In this document: one piece after another, positions 29,112 to 37,224 of the stretch
How the letters are laid out: the number at the start of each line of letters is the position of its first letter
Position numbering within the stretch: position 1 is the stretch's first letter
Assembly (NCBI GenBank): GCA_963704725.1
Contig: OY969934.1
Coordinates: 1,952,001-2,016,000 of the forward strand
DNA: 64,000 bases
Origin: an uncultured Actinomycetes bacterium
GTDB lineage: Bacteria > Actinomycetota > UBA4738 > HRBIN12
Direction of reading: 5' to 3'
The notes under the pieces: model-generated
What the model saw: the letters and a program-made list of their open reading frames with translations, nothing else
Databases searched by the model: none
What the model was told of the DNA's origin: nothing
Made by a program: the position numbers and the translations under genes

Positions 29112-30497
29112 CTAGTCGCGACGCCGGATCTTCGTGCCCCCGGCGGTGTCCATGACCTCGAGCCCCATGGCCTGGAGCCGGTCCCGGATCTCGTCGCCTG
29201 TCGCGTAGTCCTTCGCCGCGCGGGCGGCGTCGCGCTCGGCGACGAGTCGGCGCATCTCCTCGGTCGGCTCCCAGCCCTCGCGCACATCGCGCTGCAGGTC
29301 GAGCCCGAGCACGTCGTCCCACGACGACAGGAGCGCCACCTTCTCGCCGGGCGGCAGGTCGGCGGCCACGGTCTCGTTCAGCGCGACGAGGGCGCGGGGC
29401 ATCGCCAGGTCGTCGGCCAAGGCCTCGCGGAACCGCGCGTCGTGGGCCTTGGCGGCATCGGAGAGCGGCGCCGCCTCCCCCCACTGCGCGACGAGCCGCC
29501 GGAGCTCGGCCAGGCGGCGGTGCTGGCCCTGGAGCGCCTCCCAGCTGAAGTCCATCTCGCTGCGGTACTGCGTCCCGAAGCACAGCAGGCGGTACGCGAG
29601 CGGGTCCACGCCCTGCTCCGCGAGGTCGGTCACCCGGTAGATGTTCCTGGCGGACTTGGCCATCTTCTGACCGCTCATCTGCAGGAACCCTCCGTGCACC
29701 CAGACCGAGACGACCTGGTGCCCGACGGCGCCCTCGGACTGCGCGATCTCGTCCTCGTGGTGCGGGAACTTGTTGTCGTTGCCGCCGGTGTGGACGTCGA
29801 AGCGCTCGCCGAGGTGCTTCATCGACATCGCCGAGCACTCGATGTGCCACCCGGGGAAGCCGTCGCCCCACGGGCTGGGCCACTTCAGCGCCCGGTTCGC
29901 CCCGGCCCTCTTCCACAGCGCGAAGTCCTCGGCGTGACGCTTGGCCGGGTCGACGGCGACCTCCTGTCGGTGCCCGGCCCGCAGCTGGTCGAGCGTGTTG
30001 CCCGAGAGCTTGCCGTAGCCGGGGAACGAGGTGACGTCGTAGTACACGGTGCCGTCGACCTCGTACGCATGACCCTTGTCGATCAGGGTCCGGATGATGT
30101 CGATCATCTCGGCGATGTGGTGCGTGGCCCGGGGGTACAGGTCCGCGCGCTCGATGCCGACCAGGTCGGCGTCCTGCAGGAACGCGTTCGTGTACTTCTC
30201 GGCGATCTCGGCCGCCGAGAGCCCCTCGTCGGCCTCGGCCAGTTCCATCTTGTCGCGGCCGGCGTCGGAGACGTCGTCCGTCATGTGCCCGACGTCGGTG
30301 ATGTTCATGATCCACCGGACCGGACGGCCCTCGAAGCGCAGGGCGCGCCGGATGAGGTCGCCGAGCATGAACGACCGCATGTTGCCGATGTGGATGTAGC
30401 GGTAGACGGTCGGGCCGCACGAGTAGATCTTCACGGTCTCCCCGTCGGCGGGGACGACCTCGATCAGCTCGCGCGTCAACGAGTCGAACAGGCGCAT
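29112..30497 (-). CDS. cysS: Cysteine--tRNA ligase
   Basis: CGPTVY..HIGN, PGWHIECSAM, FPHHE, KMAKS, C-terminal anticodon-binding domain. Confidence 0.93.
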   Translation of the reverse strand: MRLFDSLTRELIEVVPADGETVKIYSCGPTVYRYIHIGNMRSFMLGDLIRRALRFEGRPVRWIMNITDVGHMTDDVSDAGRDKMELAEADEGLSAAEIAEKYTNAFLQDADLVGIERADLYPRATHHIAEMIDIIRTLIDKGHAYEVDGTVYYDVTSFPGYGKLSGNTLDQLRAGHRQEVAVDPAKRHAEDFALWKRAGANRALKWPSPWGDGFPGWHIECSAMSMKHLGERFDVHTGGNDNKFPHHEDEIAQSEGAVGHQVVSVWVHGGFLQMSGQKMAKSARNIYRVTDLAEQGVDPLAYRLLCFGTQYRSEMDFSWEALQGQHRRLAELRRLVAQWGEAAPLSDAAKAHDARFREALADDLAMPRALVALNETVAADLPPGEKVALLSSWDDVLGLDLQRDVREGWEPTEEMRRLVAERDAARAAKDYATGDEIRDRLQAMGLEVMDTAGGTKIRRRD

Positions 30498-30548
30498 GGC
30501 GACCCAGGATACCCGGCCCCGGACCCGCGATCGCCGCCCCAGCGATCC

Positions 30549-32975
30549 TCAGGCGGGATCGACGTCCGGGCGCGTCGGCGCCTGCGAGGCCTCGGTCGTG
30601 CGCGTGACGTCGGGCAGCAGCACGACGTTCCCGCGCTCCTCGAGTGATGGCGACGGGGGCAACGGGACGGGGATCCTCGAGGCAACGCGGGCATGGTCCT
30701 GGTGCGCCCGGACCACGGCCGCGTGGTAGTTGTGCAGCATCTGCACGAACCCCGGGTCGCGGTACGGGCGCCCGTCCACGTTCGGCCCCATGCGGCCCTC
30801 CATGATGGCCTCGATGTCGTCGCCGGTGAGCGTCTTGTTCATCTCCAGGGCGTGTCCGACCGCCAGGACCTCGTCCCGATTCTGCTGGAGCAGCTCCCAG
30901 GTCCGGTCGTACAGCTCGCGGAGCTTGGCGTCGACCGCCTTGCCGAACTGCGAGTCGAACAGCGCTCGGTCGGCGCCGGTCTCGACCGACTGGGCCCCAC
31001 GGAGCGCGGCCAGGCTCACCGAGCGCGAGGCGATCGTGTCGCCCATCGCGTAGTACGCGAGGGCCTGGGTGGCGATCGTCGTGGCTCCACGCATGTCCCC
31101 GCCGACGCCGGTCGAGTGATCCCCGTCGAAGAACATCCGCTCGCCGGCCAGGGACGCGAGGAAGGTCATCACGTCGACCTCGCGCTCCGAGCGCCACTCC
31201 ACGAACTGGTCCTCGGGCGGGATCGAGGCGACGAAGCCGCCGACGTCGCCTCGTCGCTCGATCGTGGCCATGTCGATGACGGCGTGGCGGCGGAGCCGGT
31301 AGGCGGTGACGGCGTGGCACGCCTCGTGAACGGCCACGGCGTGGCGCTCCCGCTCGATGTACTCGTGGTCGTCGGGGAGGCCGTGCTGCTTGAGCTGCTT
31401 GGCCCGTACGACGTCCGAGTACGTGACGGTGTCGCGGTCGTCGCGGATCGCGATCACGAGGCCCTCGTTCACGATGTCCTTGATGGAGGCGCCCGAGAAG
31501 TACGGCGTGATCGTGGCGAGCTTGTCGACCTCCTCGGGCGTGAGGACGTGCTTCACCTTCGCCAGGTAGTACTCGAACGTGGCCCGGCGGCCGTCCTTCT
31601 GCGGGTAGCCCACCTTGTACTGGCGGTCGACGCGCCCGGGCCGGAGCATGGCCGGGTCGAGCGACTCGGGCATGTTGGTCGCGAAGATGTGGAGGATCCG
31701 GTACTTGGGCGGCGGCTTCGGCTTCATGCCCAGCATCCGACGGATCCGGTTCACCAGGCCGCGCGGCTTGGTCAGGCCCGACATCTCCGACAGCAGGGCC
31801 TGGAGGGTGCCCATCCCGCCGCCTCCGCCCATCATGCCGCCCATGAGGACGCCCTCTTTGCGCGGTCCCATCGCGGCCGGCAGGGAGGCGGAGAACACGG
31901 CGTTGCGGCTCGAGTCCGACACGTAGGCCATCCCGTTGCAGGCCGGCGCCACGCTCCACGGGCTGTCGCCGGGCTGCATCCCGGTCGGGGCCCCCGCCAT
32001 CGCGCCCCGGCTGCCGAGCGAGTCGGCCTCGTCGAAGAAGACCAGCACCCCGCCGTAGCGCAGGGCGAGCCGGCGGACCTTGCGGTACAGGCCCTTGACC
32101 TTGAGCACGCCGACGCCCATGAACATCTGGACGAACGCCCCGGGCTCGACCGACACGAACGGCTTGCCGGTCTCGCCGGCGATGGCCTGCGCCATGAGGG
32201 TCTTCCCGGTGCCCGGCGGCCCCCACAGGAGGATCCCGCCGGGGACGTAGCCGCCCTTCTCCTCGATCGCGTCCGGGTTCTCCAGGAAGACGAGGGTCTC
32301 CTTGAGCTGGTTGAGCGCCGCGTCCTGCCCCTTCACGTCGTCGAACCGCGTCTCGATCTCGTCGGGCTGGATCGTGTCGATCCCGCCGCGCGACAGGAAC
32401 CAGAAGAGCCCGGCGAACTGCAGGATGATGAAGACGAACGCGAACCCGATCTGCAGGATGAACGGGAGCGCCACGACGAGCCGGCTCGGCGCGTCCACGA
32501 TCCCCAGCCACACGGGATCGGTCTTGAAGATCCGCCCCAGGAACGTGCTGAGCGCGAAGAGCACGATCGCGTACTTGAACGCCCGCGACATGCGGTAGCG
32601 GGTCCAGTCGTCCATCTTGCCCAGGCGGCGCTTGGTCCCGCCGTAGATCCGCTTCTCCCAGAGGCGGTAGTAGCCCTTCGAGTGCTCCTGGACGAAGTAG
32701 TGGAGCTGTCGCAGGATCTCGAGGCCCCCGAGGACGAGGATCCACGCGTAGTCACGCAGGGCGATCTTGACCGCCTCGGACATGGGGTCGCCGAGGGGGT
32801 GCACGGTCGTCGTCCACACGATGGCGAGCCCGCACACCCACAGGAAGCCCAGCAGGAGGACGAACTTGACCCGATCCCACCTCGCGGAGGGTGCCCGGGT
32901 CTCGCGCTCGGAGGGGCGAGGCCGGGAGGGCCGGTCGATGCTCTGTCGCAGGGAGACGCTCGAACCCTTCTTCAT
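30549..32975 (-). CDS. Membrane-anchored FtsH-like AAA+ ATPase / M41 metalloprotease
   Basis: N-terminal TM helices, GPPGTGKT, FFDEAD, LDPAMLRPGRVDR, HEACH, LAGE, TGVGGD; ATGA overlap with upstream gene. Confidence 0.88.
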   Translation of the reverse strand: MKKGSSVSLRQSIDRPSRPRPSERETRAPSARWDRVKFVLLLGFLWVCGLAIVWTTTVHPLGDPMSEAVKIALRDYAWILVLGGLEILRQLHYFVQEHSKGYYRLWEKRIYGGTKRRLGKMDDWTRYRMSRAFKYAIVLFALSTFLGRIFKTDPVWLGIVDAPSRLVVALPFILQIGFAFVFIILQFAGLFWFLSRGGIDTIQPDEIETRFDDVKGQDAALNQLKETLVFLENPDAIEEKGGYVPGGILLWGPPGTGKTLMAQAIAGETGKPFVSVEPGAFVQMFMGVGVLKVKGLYRKVRRLALRYGGVLVFFDEADSLGSRGAMAGAPTGMQPGDSPWSVAPACNGMAYVSDSSRNAVFSASLPAAMGPRKEGVLMGGMMGGGGGMGTLQALLSEMSGLTKPRGLVNRIRRMLGMKPKPPPKYRILHIFATNMPESLDPAMLRPGRVDRQYKVGYPQKDGRRATFEYYLAKVKHVLTPEEVDKLATITPYFSGASIKDIVNEGLVIAIRDDRDTVTYSDVVRAKQLKQHGLPDDHEYIERERHAVAVHEACHAVTAYRLRRHAVIDMATIERRGDVGGFVASIPPEDQFVEWRSEREVDVMTFLASLAGERMFFDGDHSTGVGGDMRGATTIATQALAYYAMGDTIASRSVSLAALRGAQSVETGADRALFDSQFGKAVDAKLRELYDRTWELLQQNRDEVLAVGHALEMNKTLTGDDIEAIMEGRMGPNVDGRPYRDPGFVQMLHNYHAAVVRAHQDHARVASRIPVPLPPSPSLEERGNVVLLPDVTRTTEASQAPTRPDVDPA

Positions 32976-33703
32976 GGCAACACCGTCCAGGAGTCGACGA
33001 TGGACTCGACGTCCGATCGGTTCCGGTCGTAGCACTCGGCACTGCACATCACGGCGAGGTAGTAGACCTGCTTGGTCTCGGCGTCGACGAGCGCGGTCTG
33101 GTTGACGGTCACGTAGTCCGGGCTGAGCAAGGCCGCGCCGCCGCCGCCGAGCAGCGACCGTTGCAGGTCCGTGGGGCCGCTCCCCGCCGCGCTCGTCTGC
33201 GCGGCCGCCAGAGAGCTGGCCCGGAACTGGAAGACGACGTGGACGCCCCGGACGCCGTCATGGTCGATGGCGTCGTCGTAGGACAGGACCTGGGCGCTGT
33301 TCGGGTCCTGGATGAGCTGCGTCACGGGGAACAGGTAGTCGCGCAGGGAGCGCAGGCTCGACTGGTCGCGGTCGTCGAAGCTGTACTCCTGCACCAGCGC
33401 GATGCCCTGGGGGTAGTCCGTGCCGAGGGTGGTCGGATTCAGGATGTGCATGACGGCCGGCGCGGGGTCGCCGTCGATCCCCACCAGCCACCGGATCGGG
33501 TCGGGGGTGGAGGCCTGGGGTCCGGGGGGCTCGCCGAGCAGCGTCGCCTTGTCGAACAGCGTCCACTCGGTCGGCACCTTGAACGCGGTCCGGAGCGAAG
33601 TGTTCCGCACGTACTGGTACCGGGGCGCCCCGCACGAGGAGGCGAGGACGGCCACCGCGAGCAGGCCGGCGGCCGCGATGATGGCGCCCCCTCGGCGGAT
33701 CAT
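32972..33703 (-). CDS. Hypothetical lipoprotein
   Basis: Signal peptide with ASSC lipobox; CATAAT -10 six nt upstream of ATG 33703. Confidence 0.75.
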   Translation of the reverse strand: MIRRGGAIIAAAGLLAVAVLASSCGAPRYQYVRNTSLRTAFKVPTEWTLFDKATLLGEPPGPQASTPDPIRWLVGIDGDPAPAVMHILNPTTLGTDYPQGIALVQEYSFDDRDQSSLRSLRDYLFPVTQLIQDPNSAQVLSYDDAIDHDGVRGVHVVFQFRASSLAAAQTSAAGSGPTDLQRSLLGGGGAALLSPDYVTVNQTALVDAETKQVYYLAVMCSAECYDRNRSDVESIVDSWTVLP

Positions 33704-33757
33704 CGGCACATTATGAGGCGTGTCGGTCGATTGGGAAGATGCGGGCCGCCGAACCGC

Positions 33758-34201
33758 TCAGGGACGGACGGGGCGGCCCTCGAAGGGGATCGACAGGGCG
33801 ATCGTCGTGCGGGTCTGCACCTCGCCCTTCTCGCGGAGGCGCCGGATGAGCTCCTCCAGGTCGCGGGTCGTCTTCGTTCGCACCTTCAGGATGTAGTTCG
33901 CCTCGCCGGCCACGCTGTAGCAGTCCTCCACCTCGCGGAAGTCGCGGACCCGGTCTGGCAGGTCGTCCGGCTGGGTGGGATCCAGGGGCGTGACGGCGAT
34001 GAGCGCGGTGACGAAGATCCCCAGGGCCTCGTGGTCGACGACGGCGCGGTAGCCGCGGATCGCGCCGAGCTGCTCGAGCTTGCGGACCCGCTCGTGGACG
34101 GAGGACGGCGCGAGGCCTACCCGGCGGCCGATGTCGGCATAGGTCGCCCGGGCGTCCTCCTGCAACGCCGCGATGATGTCCTGGTCACGTTCGTCCAGCA
34201 C
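33758..34201 (-). CDS. Lrp/AsnC family transcriptional regulator
   Basis: LDERDQDIIAALQEDAR HTH, CYSVAGEANYILKV RAM domain; TACGAT -10 six nt upstream. Confidence 0.93.
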   Translation of the reverse strand: MLDERDQDIIAALQEDARATYADIGRRVGLAPSSVHERVRKLEQLGAIRGYRAVVDHEALGIFVTALIAVTPLDPTQPDDLPDRVRDFREVEDCYSVAGEANYILKVRTKTTRDLEELIRRLREKGEVQTRTTIALSIPFEGRPVRP

Positions 34202-34363
34202 GCCCGTATCGTACGGCCACCCCGGCCGGCCGATCCCCGGCCCCGGACGGCCGAGCCCTCCCGTCCCCACGGCGGGCGATTGCCTTCACGAACCGGATGC
34301 GGGTACAACGGACGCGTTCGCCGCCCTCCTCTCCGGGCGCTCCGACCGGCGAAGGGAGTGGCG

Positions 34364-35068
34364 GTGTCGACGGGTCCCGTCGTCTCGATCCCCGACGTGC
34401 CGGCGCCCGCCGTCCGGGCGCTCACCGTCCTGCATCCCTCGCTCGCCGCGCGCTACGTGGCGCTCGTGGCCCGGGTGGCGGGAGCGGTGGAGGCGGGCCT
34501 GTCGCCGGCGGTGGCGGCCAACCGGGTGGCGGCGTCCCGCGAGCGGCCTCCGATGCTGCGCCTGGAACCGTGGCGGCGCGAGCGGCGGGTCTTCGCCGCC
34601 CGGCTCCGCAGGCTGGCCGGATCGGAGCGCTGCGTCGTGTTCGCCGACGTCCGGGACTGCTACGGGAGGATCGAGCCCGGCGTGGTGGAGCGGGCGCTGC
34701 GGCGGCTCGGATGCGACGCGGTCGCGGCGCGAGCGGTCCGCGCCTTCCTGGACCGGCTCGCCTCCGGCGGCGTGCGGGGGCTCCCCGTCGGCCCCGACGC
34801 CTCGGCGGTGCTGGCCAACGCGGTGCTCGCCGGGGCCGACGCGGCGCTCCGGTCGGCGGGCGTGCGCCACCTGCGCTGGGTCGACGACGTCGTGGCCGGA
34901 ACGACGGACCGGGGCGGGGCGGAGCGGGTCCTGCAGATCCTGCGTGCCGAGCTCGGTGCGGCGGGACTCGAGTTGAACGACGCCAAGACCCGGATCGTGA
35001 CGGATCCCTCGGCGTTGCGCCCCGTACACCGTGTCTCCGCCACCTGGCGGGACCCGCCCGTCGGCTAA
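34364..35068 (+). CDS. Minimal reverse transcriptase-like protein (RT1-RT7 core, WVDD)
   Basis: AAGGGAG SD + GTG; ADVRDCYGRI (RT3), GLPVGPDASAVLAN (RT4), RWVDD (RT5), GLELNDAKTRI (RT6/7); C-terminal end of ORF 32891..35068. Confidence 0.85.
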   Translation: MSTGPVVSIPDVPAPAVRALTVLHPSLAARYVALVARVAGAVEAGLSPAVAANRVAASRERPPMLRLEPWRRERRVFAARLRRLAGSERCVVFADVRDCYGRIEPGVVERALRRLGCDAVAARAVRAFLDRLASGGVRGLPVGPDASAVLANAVLAGADAALRSAGVRHLRWVDDVVAGTTDRGGAERVLQILRAELGAAGLELNDAKTRIVTDPSALRPVHRVSATWRDPPVG

Positions 35069-35081
35069 GCTCGCGCTGCCT

Positions 35082-36593
35082 ATGCGCACGCTGTACCGAG
35101 CCGCCCGCGTGCACACCTTCTCCTCGCCCCGGATCGGGGAGTGGCTGTTGCTGGATGGCCGCCATGTCGAGCGGGTCGGCACGGGGGAGCCACCGGAGGC
35201 CGAGCGCGTCGTCGAGCTGCCGGGAGCGACGATCCTGCCCGGGTTCGTGGACGCGCACGTGCACCTCACGGGGACCGGCGAGCACGCGCAGTCCCCGGAG
35301 CTCGGTGGGGCCCGGTCCTCGGCGGAGCTGCTCGAGGTGGTCCGCTCGGCTGCCGCGCGCCGCGGGGGGCCGGTCCTCCTCCACGGGTACGACGAGTCGA
35401 AGTGGGCCGATCGGACGCTGCCCACCCTGCAGGAGCTCGATCGCGCGAGCGACCTGCCGCTCGCCGTGGTGCGCATCGACGGCCACGTGGCGCTCGCCAA
35501 CACGCCGGCCCTGGGGGAGTCAGGGGCCCGCGATCGCGACGGCGTGCAGCTGGACGAGGGGGGCGATCCCACGGGGCGCGTCACGCTCGAGGCGCTGGCC
35601 GCGCTCCGCCGGTGGTTCGCCACCCATCTGGCCGAGCGCGACGTCGAGGAGCTGCAGCTCGGGGCGGCGAGCCTGGCGGTCTCGCGCGGCGTGACGGCCG
35701 TCCACGAGATGTCGATGCCCCGAGATCGGGGGATCCGCGATCTCGAGATCCTGCTCGGCCATCGGGTTCGCCTGCCCCTGGACGTGATGCCCTACGTGGC
35801 CACCACGGACGTGGCCCAGGCCATGGACCTCGGCCTGCCGGTGATCGGGGGAGACCTGCCGGTGGACGGATCGATCGGGGCGAGGACCGCCCTGCTGTCC
35901 GAGCCGTACGCCGACGCCGACGGCTCCGGGGCCGCGACGCTGGCCAAGGAGGCGCTGGCGACCTTCTTCCACGACGGGCATCTCGGCGGGCTCCAGGTGG
36001 GGGTCCACGCCATCGGCGACGCGGCGATCGAGCAGGTGGTCCGGACCTGGGAGCGCGTCTACCAGGCCCTCGACTCGCGGGGGCGCCGCCACTTCCGGGC
36101 CCGCCGCCACCGCATCGAGCATTTCGAGATGGCGGACGGCGGGCTGGTCGAGCGGGCCGGAGCCCTGGGGTTGGCCATCAGCGTGCAGCCGGTCTTCGAC
36201 GCGGAGTGGGGGTCACCCGGCGGGCTGTACGAGCAGGGACTGGGGTGGGAGCGGGCGGCCGGGATGAACCCGTTCCGCGACATCGTCGACCGGGGGCTCG
36301 AGATGGGGGCCGGATCGGACTCGCCGATCACGCCCCTGGATCCGATGGCGACGATCGCGGCCTTCGAGCACCACCACGACCCGGCCCAGCGGCTGCGTCG
36401 CGAGGAGGCCCTGCGCGTGGCGACGATGGGGAGCGCCCGGCTGGGCCACCAGGAGGACAAGAAGGGATCGCTGGAGCCCGGCAAGCACGCGGACTTCGCC
36501 GCCTACGACGTCGACCCGCTCGAGGTGGATGATCTCCGCGGGGTCCGCCCGGTCCTGGTCGTGAGTCTGGGACGCGACGTGTTCGCGGCATGA
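35082..36593 (+). CDS. YtcJ-like amidohydrolase
   Basis: PGFVDAHVH, VHAIGD, RIEH, GSDSP, GKHADF. Confidence 0.88.
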   Translation: MRTLYRAARVHTFSSPRIGEWLLLDGRHVERVGTGEPPEAERVVELPGATILPGFVDAHVHLTGTGEHAQSPELGGARSSAELLEVVRSAAARRGGPVLLHGYDESKWADRTLPTLQELDRASDLPLAVVRIDGHVALANTPALGESGARDRDGVQLDEGGDPTGRVTLEALAALRRWFATHLAERDVEELQLGAASLAVSRGVTAVHEMSMPRDRGIRDLEILLGHRVRLPLDVMPYVATTDVAQAMDLGLPVIGGDLPVDGSIGARTALLSEPYADADGSGAATLAKEALATFFHDGHLGGLQVGVHAIGDAAIEQVVRTWERVYQALDSRGRRHFRARRHRIEHFEMADGGLVERAGALGLAISVQPVFDAEWGSPGGLYEQGLGWERAAGMNPFRDIVDRGLEMGAGSDSPITPLDPMATIAAFEHHHDPAQRLRREEALRVATMGSARLGHQEDKKGSLEPGKHADFAAYDVDPLEVDDLRGVRPVLVVSLGRDVFAA

Positions 36594-36609
36594 GTCGCGA
36601 CGTCGGGAT

Positions 36610-36639
36610 TTGACACCGGCCGAAGGGCGGGCGTAGCGT
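36610..36639 (+). promoter_or_regulatory. SigA-type promoter TTGACA-N18-TAGCGT
   Basis: Consensus -35 at 36610-36615, TANNNT at 36634-36639. Confidence 0.7.
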
Positions 36640-36644
36640 CGTTG

Positions 36645-36750
36645 GTGCGCCGCCGCTCCGGCGGAGGCGCACGGAGGACCCGAGAGGCTGAGTAGAGAAC
36701 GCGGCGCCCCGGCGCCGCGGCCCCAAAGGCCACTCGGGTCCTCCTTTCCT
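36645..36750 (+). ncRNA. Candidate structured small RNA
   Basis: Begins at predicted TSS; hairpin with C(UCCG)G loop 36645-36672; perfect 12-bp stem 36673-36684/36733-36744; TTTCCT tail. Confidence 0.55.
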
Positions 36751-36829
36751 CATCCCCCTCCGCCCCGAGGCGTGGTTCGTTCCGTCCGGGGAATGCAGAG
36801 GGGGCCTTCCGTGTTCATGCGTTGGACCC

Positions 36830-36857
36830 TTGCCAGGGAGATGCCCGGCAGTACAAT
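36830..36857 (+). promoter_or_regulatory. SigA-type promoter TTGCCA-N16-TACAAT for DUF4193 gene
   Basis: Hexamers read directly, followed by GAGGAGAGGA SD. Confidence 0.65.
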
Positions 36858-36879
36858 CCCCGGCCGAGGAGAGGACCGC

Positions 36880-37224
36880 GTGGAAGACACCGAAGAGACG
36901 TTCGAAGACGAAGAGCTCGACGAGGAGGGCGACGACTCCGAGGACGCCGAGCCTGACGCCCCCGGCAGGCCCGCGACGCCGGCCTCCGCAGACGACGACG
37001 TGGAGTCCATCCAGGACATCTTGGTCAAGCAGGAGGCTCGGGACGAGGCCGAGGAGGAGGACGATTCCGTTCTCAGCCTCTCGCGGGAGGAGCGCCTCGA
37101 GCCCCTGGCCGTCAAGGTCGTGCCGCCGCAGCCCACCGAGTTCATATGCAAGAAGTGCTACCTGGTGAAGCATCGAAGCCAGCTCAAGGACAAGGCCAAG
37201 ATGCTCTGCCGGGATTGCGCCTGA
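36880..37224 (+). CDS. DUF4193 family protein
   Basis: Acidic N-terminus then VVPPQPTEFICKKCYLVKHRSQL...CRDCA. Confidence 0.85.
   Translation: MEDTEETFEDEELDEEGDDSEDAEPDAPGRPATPASADDDVESIQDILVKQEARDEAEEEDDSVLSLSREERLEPLAVKVVPPQPTEFICKKCYLVKHRSQLKDKAKMLCRDCA

Noticed and set aside
29112-30497. mshC, which often lies near the proteasome locus
   Set aside because: Has CGPTVY and an anticodon-binding domain typical of CysRS, not the MshC CGITPY motif.
923-32745. Very long alternative-frame ORFs (e.g. 923..3700, 10801..14151, the 5' part of 10959..15962, 28996..32745)
   Set aside because: Either Arg/Gly/Pro-rich frameshifted reads or antisense shadows of well-supported genes, as expected from stop-codon scarcity at high GC.
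32891-34363. N-terminal 490 codons of ORF 32891..35068 as part of the RT
   Set aside because: Antisense shadow of the lipoprotein and lrp genes; RT motifs and an SD only begin at 34364.
34364-35068. RT as group II intron, retron, DGR or CRISPR-RT
   Set aside because: No maturase or domain V-like structure, no VTG or NAxxH motifs, no TR/VR repeat pair and no cas genes or array seen.
36503-36733. 76-aa minus-strand ORF with a strong SD as a type I toxin
   Set aside because: Product is not hydrophobic, overlaps the amidohydrolase 3' end and has no evident promoter; the SD may just be the complement of the RNA stem. Kept only as a caveat in the sRNA finding.
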